Positions 57,088 to 64,000 of a stretch of 64,000 nucleotides of DNA are shown here, piece after piece. The position numbers and the translations under genes were made by a program. How positions within the stretch are numbered: the first letter of the stretch is position 1; each line of letters opens with the position of its first letter. The notes under the pieces are model-generated. The model was not told the DNA's origin and searched no databases. It was given only the letters and a program-made list of their open reading frames with translations. The stretch comes from the human T2T-CHM13v2.0 reference genome, Homo sapiens, in the NCBI RefSeq assembly GCF_009914755.1, contig NC_060932.1. One strand, given 5' to 3'.

Positions 57088-58542
57088 CTTTGTTCTTATG
57101 CTTCCACTGGAGCTCCTATTGTATTTATGCTACTGCCCCGCCATGGGGGCAGAAGACATTTCCTTGGGCCTCTGAGGGTTTTTAGATGAGGGATAGGGAA
57201 TGCTAGACATGTGTAATGGAGAATGTTTTCACTGGTCTCTTTTATCACCACTTGGTGTCACTAGGCTATCCACTCTATCCCTCTTGTCCCTAGGGGAGGA
57301 AAGCACTTACTTGAGTTGCCTTCTACTCCAGGGTGAAGGTTCAAGGGTTACAGGGTCCCAAGTGGTTTTCTGACACTGAGTGGAGGGTTCTAAAGAATCC
57401 AGCCTGCTTCACACTAAGTCGAGGGTTAAGAGACACCAGGCCTGGTTTGCTGTCTGCCCTTGGGCAGCGGCGAGGAGACACATGCCCTGAATGATCTTCT
57501 GCTGCTTGATGGAGGTTCAGGAACTACTTAGTCTGTGTGGCTCTTTGCTGTTGTCTGGAGGACTAGCAGACAGGATCTGAGTCACATTCTGCTACTGTAT
57601 GAAGACCTGTAAGACACTGATCCTTCTGGTGCTAGAAGTGTGAAGGAGTCTGATGCTTACAGCGGGCGTTTTTCACTATGGACACTGCTATAAGCAAATA
57701 AGACAATTGTTGCAGTGCATGTGAAGCATGAAGTGAGTTGGTCTGCCTGGTATCTTCTGTAGCCTCTGCTATAGGCAGCTCAGGTCTGCTGTTGAAGCTA
57801 GATGTGGATTTGGTCCCTAAAACTTTGCTTCTGCCATTGCTGCAGGCAGATGAGGCCCACTGCAGCCACTCGGCATTGGTCTTCCCACTAACTTTCTCCT
57901 GGGCTTCCTTTATTCCAGTCCTCTGGACAGATAGAGTGAGCTTTTCTTGTTTTCATTTTTTGTTTTTCTTTTTGTCTATTCATGCTGGTGCTTCTAACTT
58001 CAGATCTTTCTAGTACCCAGTCCAGATTTATGACAGCTAAAAAAGAAAGTCCTAGGGACTCCCCATGGTGGTGTTTCTGAATATTACTGAGTAGGCTCTC
58101 TGACCATAATGAAGTCAAACTAGAGGTAAATAGCAGAACAACAACAGGAAAACATTCAAGATCTTAGAAATTAAACCATATACTTTCAAAACAATATAAG
58201 AGTAACAGGATAATCATAAATAAAGATTTTTAATGCACATATTACTGAATCAAATAAAATATGTCATATAAAATATGTGTGATATAGCTAACACAATGCT
58301 CAGAGAAAATTTTCTAACACTAAATGCTTACACTAGAAAAGAGCAAAAGTATCAAATCAATGGGTTTATTTTCTACCTCATGAACCAGAAGAAAGAAAGC
58401 AAAATAAACCTGAAGCAAGGTAAAGGAAAGGAATAATGTAGACAGCATAAATTAATAAAATTACAAATATAGAAAGTCATGATACAAACAAAAGAAAGAA
58501 AAGCAAAAAAAAAAAGAAAAATTAAAATGGCAAATTTAAGCC

Positions 58543-58893
58543 TGATATGGTTTGCCCACGTCCCCACCCAAATCTCAACTTGAATTTTATCCCCCAGAAT
58601 TCCCACATGATGTGGGAGGGACCCATGGGGTGGTAACTGAATCATGGAGGCCAGTCTTTCCTGTGCCATTCTCATGATAGTAAGTCTCATGAGATCTAAT
58701 GAGTTTATCAGGGGTTTCTGCTTTTGCATCTTCACCATTTTTCTCTTACCATGGACATGTAAGAAGTGACTTTTGCCTCCTGTCATGATCCCGAGACTTC
58801 CCCAGCCATGTGGAAGTGTAAGTTCAATTAAACCTCTTTTTCTTCACAGTCTCAGGTATGTCTTTATCAGCAGTGTGAAAACGGACTAATACA
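58543..58893 (+). mobile_element. THE1A-like solo LTR
   Basis: tgatatggtttg...acggactaataca, 351 bp, TSD aagc(c/t). Confidence 0.9.
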
Positions 58894-58896
58894 AAG

Positions 58897-58897
<1 letters not shown>

Positions 58898-58943
<46 letters not shown>
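58898..58943. repeat. (TA)23 microsatellite
   Basis: Direct reading, uninterrupted. Confidence 0.95.
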
Positions 58944-58947
<4 letters not shown>

Positions 58948-59127
58948 AAAATTAGTGAAAGGCCAGCAAAAAAAGAAGAAGAAGAAAGAGAAGGAGAAGG
59001 AGAGACAAATTAGGTGTGTTCATTGTTGCTTCCTAGAGCCTCTCCCACCCCCACATGTACTCCTGTGGTGCCATGGGAAATAGTGCTTGTTCATAGGGAA
59101 CGGAATTTATTTTGCTTTGCTTCCATA

Positions 59128-64000
<4,873 letters not shown>

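Larger units (their letters stand above)
58092..59011 (+). mobile_element. Ancient L1M ORF2 fragment interrupted by THE1A
   Basis: ctctctgaccataatgaagtcaaactaga, atagctaacacaatgctcagagaaaattt. Confidence 0.65.

Overview
AT-rich primate (human-like) non-coding DNA made mostly of interspersed repeats. It contains many L1 fragments of several ages, about a dozen Alu copies or fragments, MaLR LTR elements (MST, THE1A/C/D), an MLT2 LTR, a CpG-rich solo LTR12C-type (ERV9) LTR, two DNA-transposon MITEs (piggyBac-derived MER75, Tigger2a), L2/MIR remnants and microsatellites. I find no supportable protein-coding gene, RNA gene or CRISPR array; the listed ORFs are short and lie in repeats or AT-rich DNA. 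I cannot support a new biological system here. The most notable structures are: (1) a ~650-bp inverted repeat of an ancient L1 5'UTR whose arms are far more alike than expected and which flanks an apparently flipped ~1.9-kb spacer (candidate recombination-mediated inversion with gene conversion); (2) two twin-primed, 5'-inverted L1 insertions with target-site duplications (TSDs); (3) a solo LTR12 with an intact promoter motif set; (4) several deletion or repair scars. Subfamily names come from recalled consensus sequences, not from a RepeatMasker run. Boundaries of old repeats are approximate.
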